Shown: piece after piece, positions 44,084-53,270 of the stretch
How the letters are laid out: every line of letters begins with the position of its first letter
Numbering within the stretch: position 1 is the first letter of the stretch
Assembly: GCA_002310415.1 (NCBI GenBank)
Contig: DBYN01000006.1
Coordinates: 219,249 to 283,248, forward strand
Source: Alphaproteobacteria bacterium UBA1185
Lineage (GTDB): Bacteria > Pseudomonadota > Alphaproteobacteria > Rs-D84
DNA length: 64,000 nt
Reading direction: 5' to 3'
Notes under the pieces: model-generated
Told to the model about the DNA's origin: nothing
Databases searched by the model: none
Seen by the model: only the letters and a program-made list of their open reading frames with translations
Translations under genes and position numbers: made by a program

Positions 44084-46168
44084 ATGTTCTTATATGTTTT
44101 TTATAAACGAAATCTTGGTTTATTACGAGGCATATTTATTTTTATTATGGGGCTTTGTGTTGCTTTTGCAATTGCGTTGCATCAAATAAATCTTGAAACA
44201 CTACGTGGTAATATTCTGTCTGTGTTACGTGATGTTACAAATATGCCTGTGGAAATAGATGGTGGTATATCGTGGAAATTTTCTTTGCGACCCCAAATAG
44301 AATTGAATGATGTACGTATTCCAAATGCAGATTGGGCAAAGCAAAAAAATTTGTTTTCTGCAAATAAAATAAATGTGCGTTTAGATTTGATATCGTTGTT
44401 TAGTTCGAAACCAGCAATCAGATATATACGAGTGTATGATGCAAAAATAGCATTGGAAAAAAATTCTGTTGGGAATAATTCAATTGTGTATAATGATTCA
44501 CAAACAGTAGAAAATCAGCCGGATACAACAGAAAATATTGTACAAAAATATCCTGTAGATGCGTTGCCTTTCGGTGGTTTGACGATAAATAAAATATCTG
44601 CGAATATATATGGTGAAAAATATAAACTAAAAAGTTTTAGTTTACGTAATCACAGTCGGCATTCACGAATGGAATACAGCGGTTGGGTAAATCCAGAAAA
44701 TACTAATTTACCATTCGTTGTGAATTTTTCTGAATATAATGTGGAAAGAAAGGTTTATCCTGTGAAAATTGCGTTTGCTACTGGTGCCGATGCGTTAATA
44801 GCAGATATTGCTTTGGAAGGCGCAAGTAAACTGCCCATAGATTTTATTGTTCGTGGGGATATATTGAATATCAAAGAATTTGGAAATTGGTTTAATGTTG
44901 ATGTTATGCATTTGCCTAAAATCAAAGTAAATATAGCAGGCGGCTTTGACAGAAGAAAATTAAGTTTCAGAAAATCGTCTGTTGTGGTGGGGAATTCTGC
45001 ACTTGATTTTTCTGGTTTTTATGATTGGTCAAATAAGATTCCATACATAGATGCAAAAATATCGTCAAATGATATAAATATATATAAATCTTTTCCAGAA
45101 TGGTTTGGTGTTGGTCAAGAATGGGTACATCCAAATCGAGATTTAAATATATTTCATGATATGCCTTTGTTTGGGCAGTATTTGTATGGTATAAAAGCAA
45201 ATGTAGAGATAAATTTAAAGAAGTTCATTCCATATCGTAAATTGTTGTTATCTGATTTAAGTATCAAAGCAAATGTTCAAAATCACAAATTACGTGCTGA
45301 TGCGAATTTAAAAATGGCATCTGGAAATATGTTGGTCGCTTTGGATGCAGATATAAGCGAACAGGGGGTGTATACAGTAAAAGCGGCTGCGGATTGTGAA
45401 AAGTTATACATTGGTGAAATTTTAAATCAGGTAAATGTTCATAATATAATTTCTGGTTTGCCTGTGAATATTGATTTGTATGTGGAAGCGCGTGGTTCAA
45501 ATATGTCTGAAATTATGCAAACGATAACGGGGCCAGTGTTATTATATTCTGTTGATAAAGGCTATGCACATGCTGATTTGGTTGAATATATGTATGGCGG
45601 TGATTTTTTGACATCTTTGCGTCATAATGTTTCAGATTTATTCAGTGCAGATAAAAAACATGATATGATTGAAATAGGTGGTGCCATTGCAAATGTTAAA
45701 TTGCGTAACGGTTTAATTGAAACGCAAAATGGGGTTGCGGTTGAAACCAAGGCAATAAATGTTCGGTTGGCGGGTAATTTGGATTTAGGCAAAGAAACAA
45801 TACAAATGTCTTTGGCAACGGTGCCTGTGCGTGGGTTAAAATTATCTTTGTCGGGTAATTTGGTAAACGCATTACAAATAACTGGTAATTTGGCAGAACC
45901 TGATTTTAAAATCAGTGGTGGTGCATTGGTCGGCAAAGTGGGTTCTGCGGTTGGCTTGGGATTATTGTTGGCGCCTTTGACGGGGGGATTAAGTTTGGCT
46001 GGCGGATTTGTAGCCGGGTTGTTAGCCGGTGATTTAATAGAAAATTGGTTGGCAGATGACCATCCGTATAAAACAGCGATGAACAAAGGCGCACCCAAAA
46101 AACGTCATGACCCAGATTGGTTTGATATACCGGTTAAAAATCTGGCAGATGGTGTGTTCGGGCGATAA
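44084..46168 (+). CDS. AsmA-family outer-membrane biogenesis protein
   Basis: 694 aa with an N-terminal TM anchor. The rest is a long beta-rich periplasmic region, with LRNGLIETQNGVAVETKAINVRLAGNLDLGKETI near the C-terminus as in AsmA-like proteins. Confidence 0.65.
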   Translation: MFLYVFYKRNLGLLRGIFIFIMGLCVAFAIALHQINLETLRGNILSVLRDVTNMPVEIDGGISWKFSLRPQIELNDVRIPNADWAKQKNLFSANKINVRLDLISLFSSKPAIRYIRVYDAKIALEKNSVGNNSIVYNDSQTVENQPDTTENIVQKYPVDALPFGGLTINKISANIYGEKYKLKSFSLRNHSRHSRMEYSGWVNPENTNLPFVVNFSEYNVERKVYPVKIAFATGADALIADIALEGASKLPIDFIVRGDILNIKEFGNWFNVDVMHLPKIKVNIAGGFDRRKLSFRKSSVVVGNSALDFSGFYDWSNKIPYIDAKISSNDINIYKSFPEWFGVGQEWVHPNRDLNIFHDMPLFGQYLYGIKANVEINLKKFIPYRKLLLSDLSIKANVQNHKLRADANLKMASGNMLVALDADISEQGVYTVKAAADCEKLYIGEILNQVNVHNIISGLPVNIDLYVEARGSNMSEIMQTITGPVLLYSVDKGYAHADLVEYMYGGDFLTSLRHNVSDLFSADKKHDMIEIGGAIANVKLRNGLIETQNGVAVETKAINVRLAGNLDLGKETIQMSLATVPVRGLKLSLSGNLVNALQITGNLAEPDFKISGGALVGKVGSAVGLGLLLAPLTGGLSLAGGFVAGLLAGDLIENWLADDHPYKTAMNKGAPKKRHDPDWFDIPVKNLADGVFGR

Positions 46169-46200
46169 TTCAATTATTTGTTTTCCAAAATAAAAAATAA

Positions 46201-46220
46201 GAACGCCCATTTGGGCGTTC
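46201..46220. terminator. hairpin terminator shared by convergent genes
   Basis: GAACGCCC-ATTT-GGGCGTTC. An A/T-run lies on the upstream side (TTATTTTTTA when read on the minus strand). Confidence 0.6.
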
Positions 46221-46233
46221 GTTGTGATGTTTA

Positions 46234-47553
46234 TTAATGTTGTTTTGTCCAAAGCATACTTTGTGCCATATTCCACTTTTGTTTTTTGGTTTTGTTATAC
46301 AAAGATGCAGATGGGTCATGCCTTATGCAATTATCATTGTCGGTTGCACTGGGGGCAATTTCCGCATCAATAAATAAGTAAGACTTTGGATTGTATAAGC
46401 AACTTTCTGTATTATTAAGATGAACTTGTAAAGTCATATTATTCAAAACAATGTCCATATATGTTGTATATGTATCATTTTCAATATCATGACTTCGTTC
46501 TATGTAAGTGATTCTGTATGGTGTTTCTATCCAGTTTAATTTTCCATGTCCAAACAAAAATTCAATCACATTTTCAAACCAAATTTTATCATTTATTGTT
46601 ATGGAACATGTATCAGCAATTGTTGTGCCGTCATCATTCGTTTCGGTATTTGGTGTATAAACAGAATTCGGCATTTTTTTGCATAATTCGGCATTTTGTT
46701 GCTGAATCATTTCAATGTCGTTATTTGTAATTATATTTTTGGTAAATTTTGGTTTAAAATTCTTAGTTTCTGGGTACAAAAAAACGTATCTGGAATTTGG
46801 TGGTGATGAATAAAACTTTATAATATTGGCGCTATAATCCCCTAAAAGGTCAAGAGTGTTATTTACTTTTTGATAACTAGATTCGAAAATCATGTTTTTT
46901 ATTTTTATGTCCGACATAACTTGAAATTGCATGTTTTGGTCAAAAATGCTAGCATCAAGTTTACCAACCATATTGATAATTTTATGTGGTGTATTTAAAT
47001 CCAAACGTGCCAGATAAAACAAATGTGGTGCGAGGTCTGGTTTCTGTACTTCTTCATCAATGGTTGTAATACATGTGTCAACAAATGATATGTTGCCGTT
47101 TGGGGTAACTTCTTTGACACCCGGTACAAAGGAAGAATTCGGTAATCTTGCACAAATTACATTGTTTTGGTTTTGGATTTTATCGGCTTCGTCCGCCGGT
47201 ACTTCGTCTTCACCAGTGATATTTTGTTGGTCATCATCGTTAACGTTATCGTTGTCGTCGTTTGTTTGATTATCATCAGGTTCGGTTTTATTATCCGGAT
47301 TATCCGATGGATTATTATCGTCGTTTAATTCATTGTTGTGTTCAGAATCATTTGATGGTTTATTATCGTTTTGTTCGTCTTTTTGGTCGGAATCAACAAA
47401 TGGGTCATCTTCGATATTTGTATCTGTGTCCGTTACGGTGTTTTGATCTGTATCAACCCGTTTGATGTCGGATTCACAGCCAGTATTCAAAGCAAGCCCA
47501 GTAACCAAAGTTGCGCCAGCTGCCAATTTTTTTAATTTTTCTGTTACTGACAT
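46234..47553 (-). CDS. hypothetical lipoprotein with acidic Asp/Asn-rich linker and duplicated Cys-containing module
   Basis: Lipobox LALNTGC followed by about 100 aa of D/N/E-rich low complexity. Two related modules follow (CARLPNSSFVPG...NGNISFVDTCITTIDEEV and CKKMPNSVYTPN...DGTTIADTCSITINDKI). Confidence 0.55.
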   Translation of the reverse strand: MSVTEKLKKLAAGATLVTGLALNTGCESDIKRVDTDQNTVTDTDTNIEDDPFVDSDQKDEQNDNKPSNDSEHNNELNDDNNPSDNPDNKTEPDDNQTNDDNDNVNDDDQQNITGEDEVPADEADKIQNQNNVICARLPNSSFVPGVKEVTPNGNISFVDTCITTIDEEVQKPDLAPHLFYLARLDLNTPHKIINMVGKLDASIFDQNMQFQVMSDIKIKNMIFESSYQKVNNTLDLLGDYSANIIKFYSSPPNSRYVFLYPETKNFKPKFTKNIITNNDIEMIQQQNAELCKKMPNSVYTPNTETNDDGTTIADTCSITINDKIWFENVIEFLFGHGKLNWIETPYRITYIERSHDIENDTYTTYMDIVLNNMTLQVHLNNTESCLYNPKSYLFIDAEIAPSATDNDNCIRHDPSASLYNKTKKQKWNMAQSMLWTKQH

Positions 47554-47730
47554 TTTTATTTCCTTTTGTTGTGTTTGTTTTACACTTTTATACTAATACA
47601 TTTTGTAATATTTTGTCAAGTTTTTTGTAGGGTAACAAATATGTGTTATTTGCTCTTGCACCGAATCGGTGTTTTTTGATAAAATTTGATTAAATAATAA
47701 GAAAAACAAAAAAAGAACAGGAGAAATATT

Positions 47731-48843
47731 ATGGAATTTTCAGTGTTTCGTCAGGATTTAATTCGGGCTTTGGGGCATATGCAATCGATTGTTGAAAAAC
47801 GTGCTACGTTGCCGATTTTGATGAATGTAAAGATAGAAGTTGCAGACGATTTAATTTTGTCTGCCACGAATGTGGATTTGGAATTGGTTGAACATGTTGT
47901 TGCTGATGTTACATTGTCTGGAAAAACAACTGTGCCGGTTCAGATGTTGTATGATATCGTTCGCAAATTACCTGATGATGCGGAAATAAGTTTTAAGCAA
48001 GCGGGGGATAAACTTGTGGTATCCAGCGGACGTGCTGTTTTTCATTTGCCTGCATTGCCGGCGGAAAATTTCCCTGCGATGGCTGGTGGAAACCTTAGTA
48101 CTAAATTCCAAATGACGACTGGTGATTTGGCGCATCTTATAAATCAGACCAAGTTTGCAATTCCAACAGATGATGTTCGTTATCATTTAGGGGGAATTTA
48201 TTTCCATATATCCGAAGATACTGGCAAATTAACTGCTGTTGCTACGGATGCTCAACGTATGGCTTTGTGTGCTATGGCTGCGCCAAATGGTAGTAATGGT
48301 ATGCCGTCTGTGATTTTGCCCAGACGTGTTATTGGTGAATTGTCTAAATTACTGGAAGATGCAACTGTGGATGATGTTGTTATCGAATTATCTGATACCA
48401 AGGCGCGGTTTACTGTGGGGTCTGCCATTTTGACCAGCAAATTGGTTGATGCACAATATCCAAATTATCGTGTTGTTATTCCAAAAGGTAATGACAAGAT
48501 TGCTATCTTGGACAGAAAACAATTTATAAATGCTGTGGATTTGGTATCTGTCGCCAGTGTTGATAAAACAAAATCTGTCCAATTGTCTTTTTCTATGAAT
48601 AAATTGGTTATCAATGCATCAAGCCCTGATGCAGGAACTGCAACTCAAGAATTGGATATAGAATATAATGGTGATGCAACATTTACGATTAATTTCAATG
48701 TGAAATTCTTGTTGGATGTTGCAGGTCAGGTCGAAGGTGATAAATTCCAAATGGAAATGCAGGAATCTTTGTCCCCAACAATTATTAAATCTACTGATAA
48801 AAATACAGACGCTTTGTTCGTACTGATGCCGATGCGGATGTAA
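47731..48843 (+). CDS. dnaN: DNA polymerase III beta sliding clamp
   Basis: 370 aa with an N-terminus typical of DnaN (L..AL..V..IVEKRATLPIL.NV) and a three-domain length. Confidence 0.9.
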   Translation: MEFSVFRQDLIRALGHMQSIVEKRATLPILMNVKIEVADDLILSATNVDLELVEHVVADVTLSGKTTVPVQMLYDIVRKLPDDAEISFKQAGDKLVVSSGRAVFHLPALPAENFPAMAGGNLSTKFQMTTGDLAHLINQTKFAIPTDDVRYHLGGIYFHISEDTGKLTAVATDAQRMALCAMAAPNGSNGMPSVILPRRVIGELSKLLEDATVDDVVIELSDTKARFTVGSAILTSKLVDAQYPNYRVVIPKGNDKIAILDRKQFINAVDLVSVASVDKTKSVQLSFSMNKLVINASSPDAGTATQELDIEYNGDATFTINFNVKFLLDVAGQVEGDKFQMEMQESLSPTIIKSTDKNTDALFVLMPMRM

Positions 48844-48853
48844 AAACAAAGTT

Positions 48854-48882
48854 AAAAAATCCGCTAAACAAGCGGATTTTTT
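48854..48882 (+). terminator. rho-independent terminator after dnaN
   Basis: ATCCGCT-AAACA-AGCGGAT followed by a T-run. Confidence 0.75.
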
Positions 48883-48893
48883 ACTGAAATAAA

Positions 48894-49433
48894 ATGGAAA
48901 TCAAAATGAATTTTAAAAATATTTTGCCTGGCAAAGAACCACCAAAATTAATGAATGCTATTATAGAAATTCCAGAAAATAGTGTTGTTAAATATGAATT
49001 TTGTGAAGATATGGACTTATTAAAGGTGTCTCGTATTATGCAGACACCAATGGCATATCCTGCAAATTATGGTTTTTTCCCAGAAACACTAAGTGAGGAT
49101 GGTGACCCATTAGATTGTCTGGTTTTATGTAGTGCGCCATTGGCTGTAGGGGTATTGATTGAGGTGCGTCCAATTGGTGTTTTGGCTGTGGAAGATCAGT
49201 CTGGGGGTGATAAAAAGGTGATATGTGTTCCGTTGGAAAAAATAGATGCAAATTACAAAAATATTAAATCTTTAGATGATTTATCAGATGTTACAAGAGC
49301 AAAAATAGAATATTTTTTCCAACGTTATAAGGATTTACAGTCCGAATCTTGGGTTAAGGTTATTGGGTGGGAAAATAAACAAGATGCAGAAAAGTGTATA
49401 CTTGAAGCGATTAATAGATATAAACAGCAATAA
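48894..49433 (+). CDS. ppa: inorganic pyrophosphatase (family I)
   Basis: IEIPENSVVKYEF and YPANYGFFPETLSEDGDPLDCLVL motifs. An alternative start lies at 48906. Confidence 0.9.
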   Translation: MEIKMNFKNILPGKEPPKLMNAIIEIPENSVVKYEFCEDMDLLKVSRIMQTPMAYPANYGFFPETLSEDGDPLDCLVLCSAPLAVGVLIEVRPIGVLAVEDQSGGDKKVICVPLEKIDANYKNIKSLDDLSDVTRAKIEYFFQRYKDLQSESWVKVIGWENKQDAEKCILEAINRYKQQ

Positions 49434-49501
49434 AATTGTTGCGAATGCAAAAAGTTTGTTGTATTCTTCTGTGCGTTAAGTCATAAACAAAAGGTAAAAA
49501 A

Positions 49502-50071
49502 ATGGCATCTTATATTGCTAATGATATGCGTGTTGGTTGGGTTATTTCCCATAACGGCAAACGTTATTCTGTGACTTCGATTACAAAGGTAAAGCCGGGT
49601 AAGGGCGGTGCTTTTGTTCAGGCTGACTTGCGTGATATTGATTCAGGCAACAAAGGTGGTGATCGCTGGCGTGCAGAAGATAAAGTTGAAAAATTAATGG
49701 TTGAAGATTTGGATTGTCAATATTTGTATTCTGATGGAACGGACGCTTTCTTTATGAATTTGTCTGATTACGAACAATTTACAATGCCAAATGAGTCTTT
49801 GGGTGAACAAATGAAATTCTTGGCACCTGAAATGGTGGTCAAGGCTAACTTTGTAGAAGGACATCCTGTGTCTATAACATTACCAAAGACGGTTGTTGCG
49901 ACGGTTGAAGAAACTGAACCTGCGTTAAAAGGACAAACAGCAACTGGTAGTGGTGGAAAACCCGCAATTTTGGATAATGGTGTTCGTGTTCAGGTTCCTG
50001 TATTTATTGAACAAGGCGAAAAGATTGTTGTTAATACAGAAACACTTGAATATGTTGAACGTGCAAAATAA
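49502..50071 (+). CDS. efp: translation elongation factor P
   Basis: 189 aa with a KPGKGGAFVQ loop and a C-terminal ...YVERAK. Confidence 0.92.
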   Translation: MASYIANDMRVGWVISHNGKRYSVTSITKVKPGKGGAFVQADLRDIDSGNKGGDRWRAEDKVEKLMVEDLDCQYLYSDGTDAFFMNLSDYEQFTMPNESLGEQMKFLAPEMVVKANFVEGHPVSITLPKTVVATVEETEPALKGQTATGSGGKPAILDNGVRVQVPVFIEQGEKIVVNTETLEYVERAK

Positions 50072-50076
50072 ATTAT

Positions 50077-50102
50077 AACGGTGCGTTTGCACCGTTTTTT
50101 TT
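50077..50102. terminator. bidirectional terminator (efp / aldolase convergent)
   Basis: AACGGTGC-GTTT-GCACCGTT followed by T8. Overlaps the stop codon of the minus-strand gene. Confidence 0.7.
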
Positions 50103-51042
50103 ACGCTTTGTTTGATGAACCCATAATATTTTTTATTTCATCTATACAATTTTGAGTCATTGCGTTCATTGCAGTCGTTAAATATTCTCGTGGGTTGATA
50201 ATGTTGGGGTACTTTGCCAGAGTTTCCCGAATACTTGATGTAAAAGCAAGTCGCGAATCGCTGTCTATGTTTATTTTTGTTATATGTAAAGTAATTGCTT
50301 GACGTAATTGGGCAGGGCTTATTCCGCGCGCAAAACTTATATCCCCCCCGAATTTATTTATTTTGGTTATGAATTTTTGTGGTATAGTAGATGCTCCATG
50401 TAAAACCAATGGAATTTTAGGAATATTTGTTGCGATTTGTTTTAGAATATCAAAGCGTAATTTTTCGTTTTCGTTTTTTCTTTTATAAAGACCATGCGAT
50501 GTTCCAATTGCGATAGCCAACGAATCGGTTTGTGTTTGTTTAACAAAATCGGCAACGATTTCTGGGTTAGTATAAGATTGTTTTTTGGTAAAAGTGCGTT
50601 CGTCTTCGATTCCAGCCAATACGCCAAGTTCTGTTTCCACAGACACGTTGAATTTGTGTGCATAATCTGTGATTTTTTTTGAAAGTTTTATATTTTCAGA
50701 TAAATGTAACGCGCTGCCGTCAAACATAACAGATGAAAACCCCGAATCTATGGCATGTTTACAAGATTCAAAACTATGCCCATGGTCCAAGTGTAGCGCA
50801 ACTTGATTTTTTTTGTATTTTGCGCCCCTAATCATACCCATTAAAATATCTGGTGTCATATATTCCAGTGCCGATTCGGACACTGCTAAAATAACTGGGC
50901 TATTTGTTTGTTCTGCGGCATTTAATATCGCGTTTAACGTTTCCATATTATAAAAATTAAAGGCAGGAACGGCATACCCGTTGTTTAATGCCCGTGTCAA
51001 TAAGTGCTTTGTATTTGTTAAACCAAAATCAGAATAGTGCAT
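50101..51042 (-). CDS. class II ketose-bisphosphate aldolase (fructose/tagatose-bisphosphate aldolase family)
   Basis: 313 aa with VPAFNFYN, LHLDHGHS and VLHGAS motifs. Confidence 0.85.
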   Translation of the reverse strand: MHYSDFGLTNTKHLLTRALNNGYAVPAFNFYNMETLNAILNAAEQTNSPVILAVSESALEYMTPDILMGMIRGAKYKKNQVALHLDHGHSFESCKHAIDSGFSSVMFDGSALHLSENIKLSKKITDYAHKFNVSVETELGVLAGIEDERTFTKKQSYTNPEIVADFVKQTQTDSLAIAIGTSHGLYKRKNENEKLRFDILKQIATNIPKIPLVLHGASTIPQKFITKINKFGGDISFARGISPAQLRQAITLHITKINIDSDSRLAFTSSIRETLAKYPNIINPREYLTTAMNAMTQNCIDEIKNIMGSSNKA

Positions 51043-51193
51043 TTTATTGTTTCCTTTCAGTATCTTGCTTTATTATATCATAAACATAGGTATGTTTGTG
51101 TTTTTTTGTATAACATCTTGACAATTGACTTATTTATGCAACAATTTTAGCAGCGAATCGGGATTTGTGAGAGAAACAACAAAGGAAAAACAA

Positions 51194-51577
51194 ATGAAAA
51201 AAGTATCTTTGGCTGTATTAAGTTTGGGTTTGTTGGCCGCTTGTACAGGTTATGATTATTACAAAACAGATGTTCGTTATTATCAAGATGGCGAAGATTG
51301 TATTTATTATTCTAATGAACGTGGTAAAAGATTTGATTCTGATATCCGCGCATTACGCGACGGTAATCGTATTGTGTATCGCAATACTCGTTGCGCTGAT
51401 TTGTACAAGAAAGATACGTTTGGTTATTCGGAACGTAATGACAGACGTGCTATTGTTCCAACATCTACAATAGAAGAAACGTCGACACCAAGTTGTGGTT
51501 GTGCGTCCAGTTGTGGTTGTTCGAAATGTGGTAAAAAAACATTTTTGAAGAATAAATACATAATTATACCTGCTTAA
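51194..51577 (+). CDS. hypothetical small lipoprotein with Cys-rich C-terminus
   Basis: ATG 51194 is preceded by AAAGGA. Lipobox LLAAC. The C-terminal sequence is PSCGCASSCGCSKCGKK. Confidence 0.6.
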   Translation: MKKVSLAVLSLGLLAACTGYDYYKTDVRYYQDGEDCIYYSNERGKRFDSDIRALRDGNRIVYRNTRCADLYKKDTFGYSERNDRRAIVPTSTIEETSTPSCGCASSCGCSKCGKKTFLKNKYIIIPA

Positions 51578-51692
51578 CAGGCAATTTTGTAAATTGTATC
51601 TGGTGTCATCAAAATCGTTTTTTGATGGCACTTTTTTTGTTGTTTATTTGTTTATTGTGTGATAGAATACAAGGAAAGAAAAGGGGTTTAAA

Positions 51693-52052
51693 ATGAAAAA
51701 AATTATGAATAAAGTTAATTTTGCCATTGTTGCGATGCTGGTTAATTTGTCTGCGTTTGCTGATGATTTTAAGGTCAATCCAAACAGTGATGCTTTGTGC
51801 AAGATAATAGATCAATTGCACAATGTTTTCACGTTGTTACGTACTTTGGCTTTTGTTGGTGCTGCATTCTTGATTGCTGAGTGGGCATGGGGCTTTATCA
51901 AAGGTGGTGAAGTTAAAGATGGCGAATTAAAAAAGAAAGGAACCGGTTTGTTGGTCGGTTTTGGTTTATTGTTTGCTGTTGGTATGTTATTGAGTTTTGT
52001 AACTTCTACATTTGGTCAAGAAAAGTTGGGTTGCGGATTGCCAGACTGGTAG
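51693..52052 (+). CDS. TrbC/VirB2-like type IV secretion pilin candidate
   Basis: 119 aa with signal peptide ...LSAFA. A Cys lies before helix 1 (ALCKIIDQL). Two hydrophobic helices (LAFVGAAFLIAEWAWGFI and GLLVGFGLLFAVGMLLSFV) are separated by a charged loop, as in VirB2. Confidence 0.45.
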   Translation: MKKIMNKVNFAIVAMLVNLSAFADDFKVNPNSDALCKIIDQLHNVFTLLRTLAFVGAAFLIAEWAWGFIKGGEVKDGELKKKGTGLLVGFGLLFAVGMLLSFVTSTFGQEKLGCGLPDW

Positions 52053-52070
52053 AGATAAATGTTGTGATTT

Positions 52071-52096
52071 AAAAACCGTTCGGTTGAACGGTTTTT
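52071..52096. terminator. bidirectional rho-independent terminator
   Basis: AAAA-ACCGTTC-GGTT-GAACGGT-TTTT. Confidence 0.7.
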
Positions 52097-52976
52097 ATTT
52101 TTGATTTAAAGATTTTTTGTAAAATTGTAACCAGAAATTTCTGCGTGCGTTTTCAATATTTCGAACCGAGTTTTTGAAATTTAACTGAGTCAAAAAATAT
52201 TCCGGTATATGGTTAGTGTATTTTATAAATAAATCATGTGCACGTTTTGCACTTTGGCGACACTGTTGTGCAATTTCTTCAATGGTTAACACAGTATGTG
52301 GGTCGACCCAATTAATAATATCTTGTAATAAATAATACACGTATATCCATTGATCTGGTAACATGTGTGTAGTTGGAGAATTTGTGATACTATATCTGTC
52401 TTTTAAAATTTGTAAATTCTTGGTTTGGAAAAATTCAAGCCAGATAGTATTCCATATATAGTCAGCCGAACAATTTGGGTCATAATCAGTTGTTTTGCTG
52501 ATTAACATTCCTGATAATACTTTGGCGCTGGTTTGAATTTTTTTAGCAATTCGGTAAAGGCTTATTTCGTCCGAATGTTTAATTAATTCTGACGAGGTTG
52601 CGTTTGGAAACAAAAAATATGCTTGTGAAAATTCTGTGTTGTATAATTTTTGAAAAAAATATTCGCATCCAAGACGGGTCATTTGTTGATCACAAATATT
52701 GTCTAAGTTTGCATTGTCTGTGCATATAGTTTTGACATGAATCGGTTTTGGGAAAACATGGTCTAGTTCTGGACAGGTTTTAGAGATGTTTTTATACAAG
52801 GTTGTATGAAAATAATCAACATCAATTAACCGACTAGAATCTAACATATTTGCGTGTATTGTCGCAATATCCGAATGTAACCAAAATTCGGTTTTATCTG
52901 ATTTGGTTTGTTTAGTTTGATTCAAAGCGTACTGTAATTCTTCGGCATATTTTAATTGAGAATCGGTTGTAGTCAT
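52095..52976 (-). CDS. hypothetical protein (293 aa), partner of the RHH gene
   Basis: Long ORF 2 nt downstream of the RHH gene on the same strand. No motif recognised; predicted soluble. Confidence 0.55.
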   Translation of the reverse strand: MTTTDSQLKYAEELQYALNQTKQTKSDKTEFWLHSDIATIHANMLDSSRLIDVDYFHTTLYKNISKTCPELDHVFPKPIHVKTICTDNANLDNICDQQMTRLGCEYFFQKLYNTEFSQAYFLFPNATSSELIKHSDEISLYRIAKKIQTSAKVLSGMLISKTTDYDPNCSADYIWNTIWLEFFQTKNLQILKDRYSITNSPTTHMLPDQWIYVYYLLQDIINWVDPHTVLTIEEIAQQCRQSAKRAHDLFIKYTNHIPEYFLTQLNFKNSVRNIENARRNFWLQFYKKSLNQK

Positions 52977-52978
52977 TT

Positions 52979-53209
52979 TTACACCTTTTTTGTTTCGTCT
53001 ATGTTGGCCAGTGAAAATAATACAGAAGATATTAATGATTGATAGGGTACGTGTTGTGTTTCAGCCAGTTCTTTGATTTTATCCAAAATTGGCTTTGGAA
53101 TACGCATGTTTATGACGCAGTCTGATTTGTTAAATGCACGATATGCAGCATATTCTCGCAGCAAAGATTCAATATTCATAACAAACAATTGTTGCATTAC
53201 ATTTGGCAT
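52979..53209 (-). CDS. ribbon-helix-helix protein, BrnA/CopG antitoxin-like
   Basis: 76 aa. INMRIPKPILDKIKELAETQHVPYQSLISSVLFSLA matches the RHH antitoxin pattern (beta strand, helix, then G/PYQtLIn--L). RBS AGGAG precedes the start. Confidence 0.6.
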   Translation of the reverse strand: MPNVMQQLFVMNIESLLREYAAYRAFNKSDCVINMRIPKPILDKIKELAETQHVPYQSLISSVLFSLANIDETKKV

Positions 53210-53242
53210 ACACTAACTCCTATACACCGGTCTTTACAAATG

Positions 53243-53270
53243 ACTATAACATTGTATTTACAATTGTCAA
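53243..53270 (-). promoter_or_regulatory. near-consensus promoter with overlapping palindrome (candidate RHH operator)
   Basis: On the minus strand: TTGACA (53270-53265), 16-nt spacer, TATAGT (53248-53243). The perfect palindrome ACAATTGT (53260-53267) overlaps the -35. Flanking inverted repeats are TACAAATG (53235-53242) and CATTTGTg (53273-53280). Confidence 0.5.

Noticed and set aside
40505-48882. Similar terminator stems ATCCGCT...AGCGGAT at 40509-40524 and 48859-48877 as a possible dispersed repeat (REP-like) family.
   Set aside because: There are only two copies, with 7-bp stems and different loops. Both are in canonical terminator positions with T-runs, so chance similarity is sufficient to explain them.
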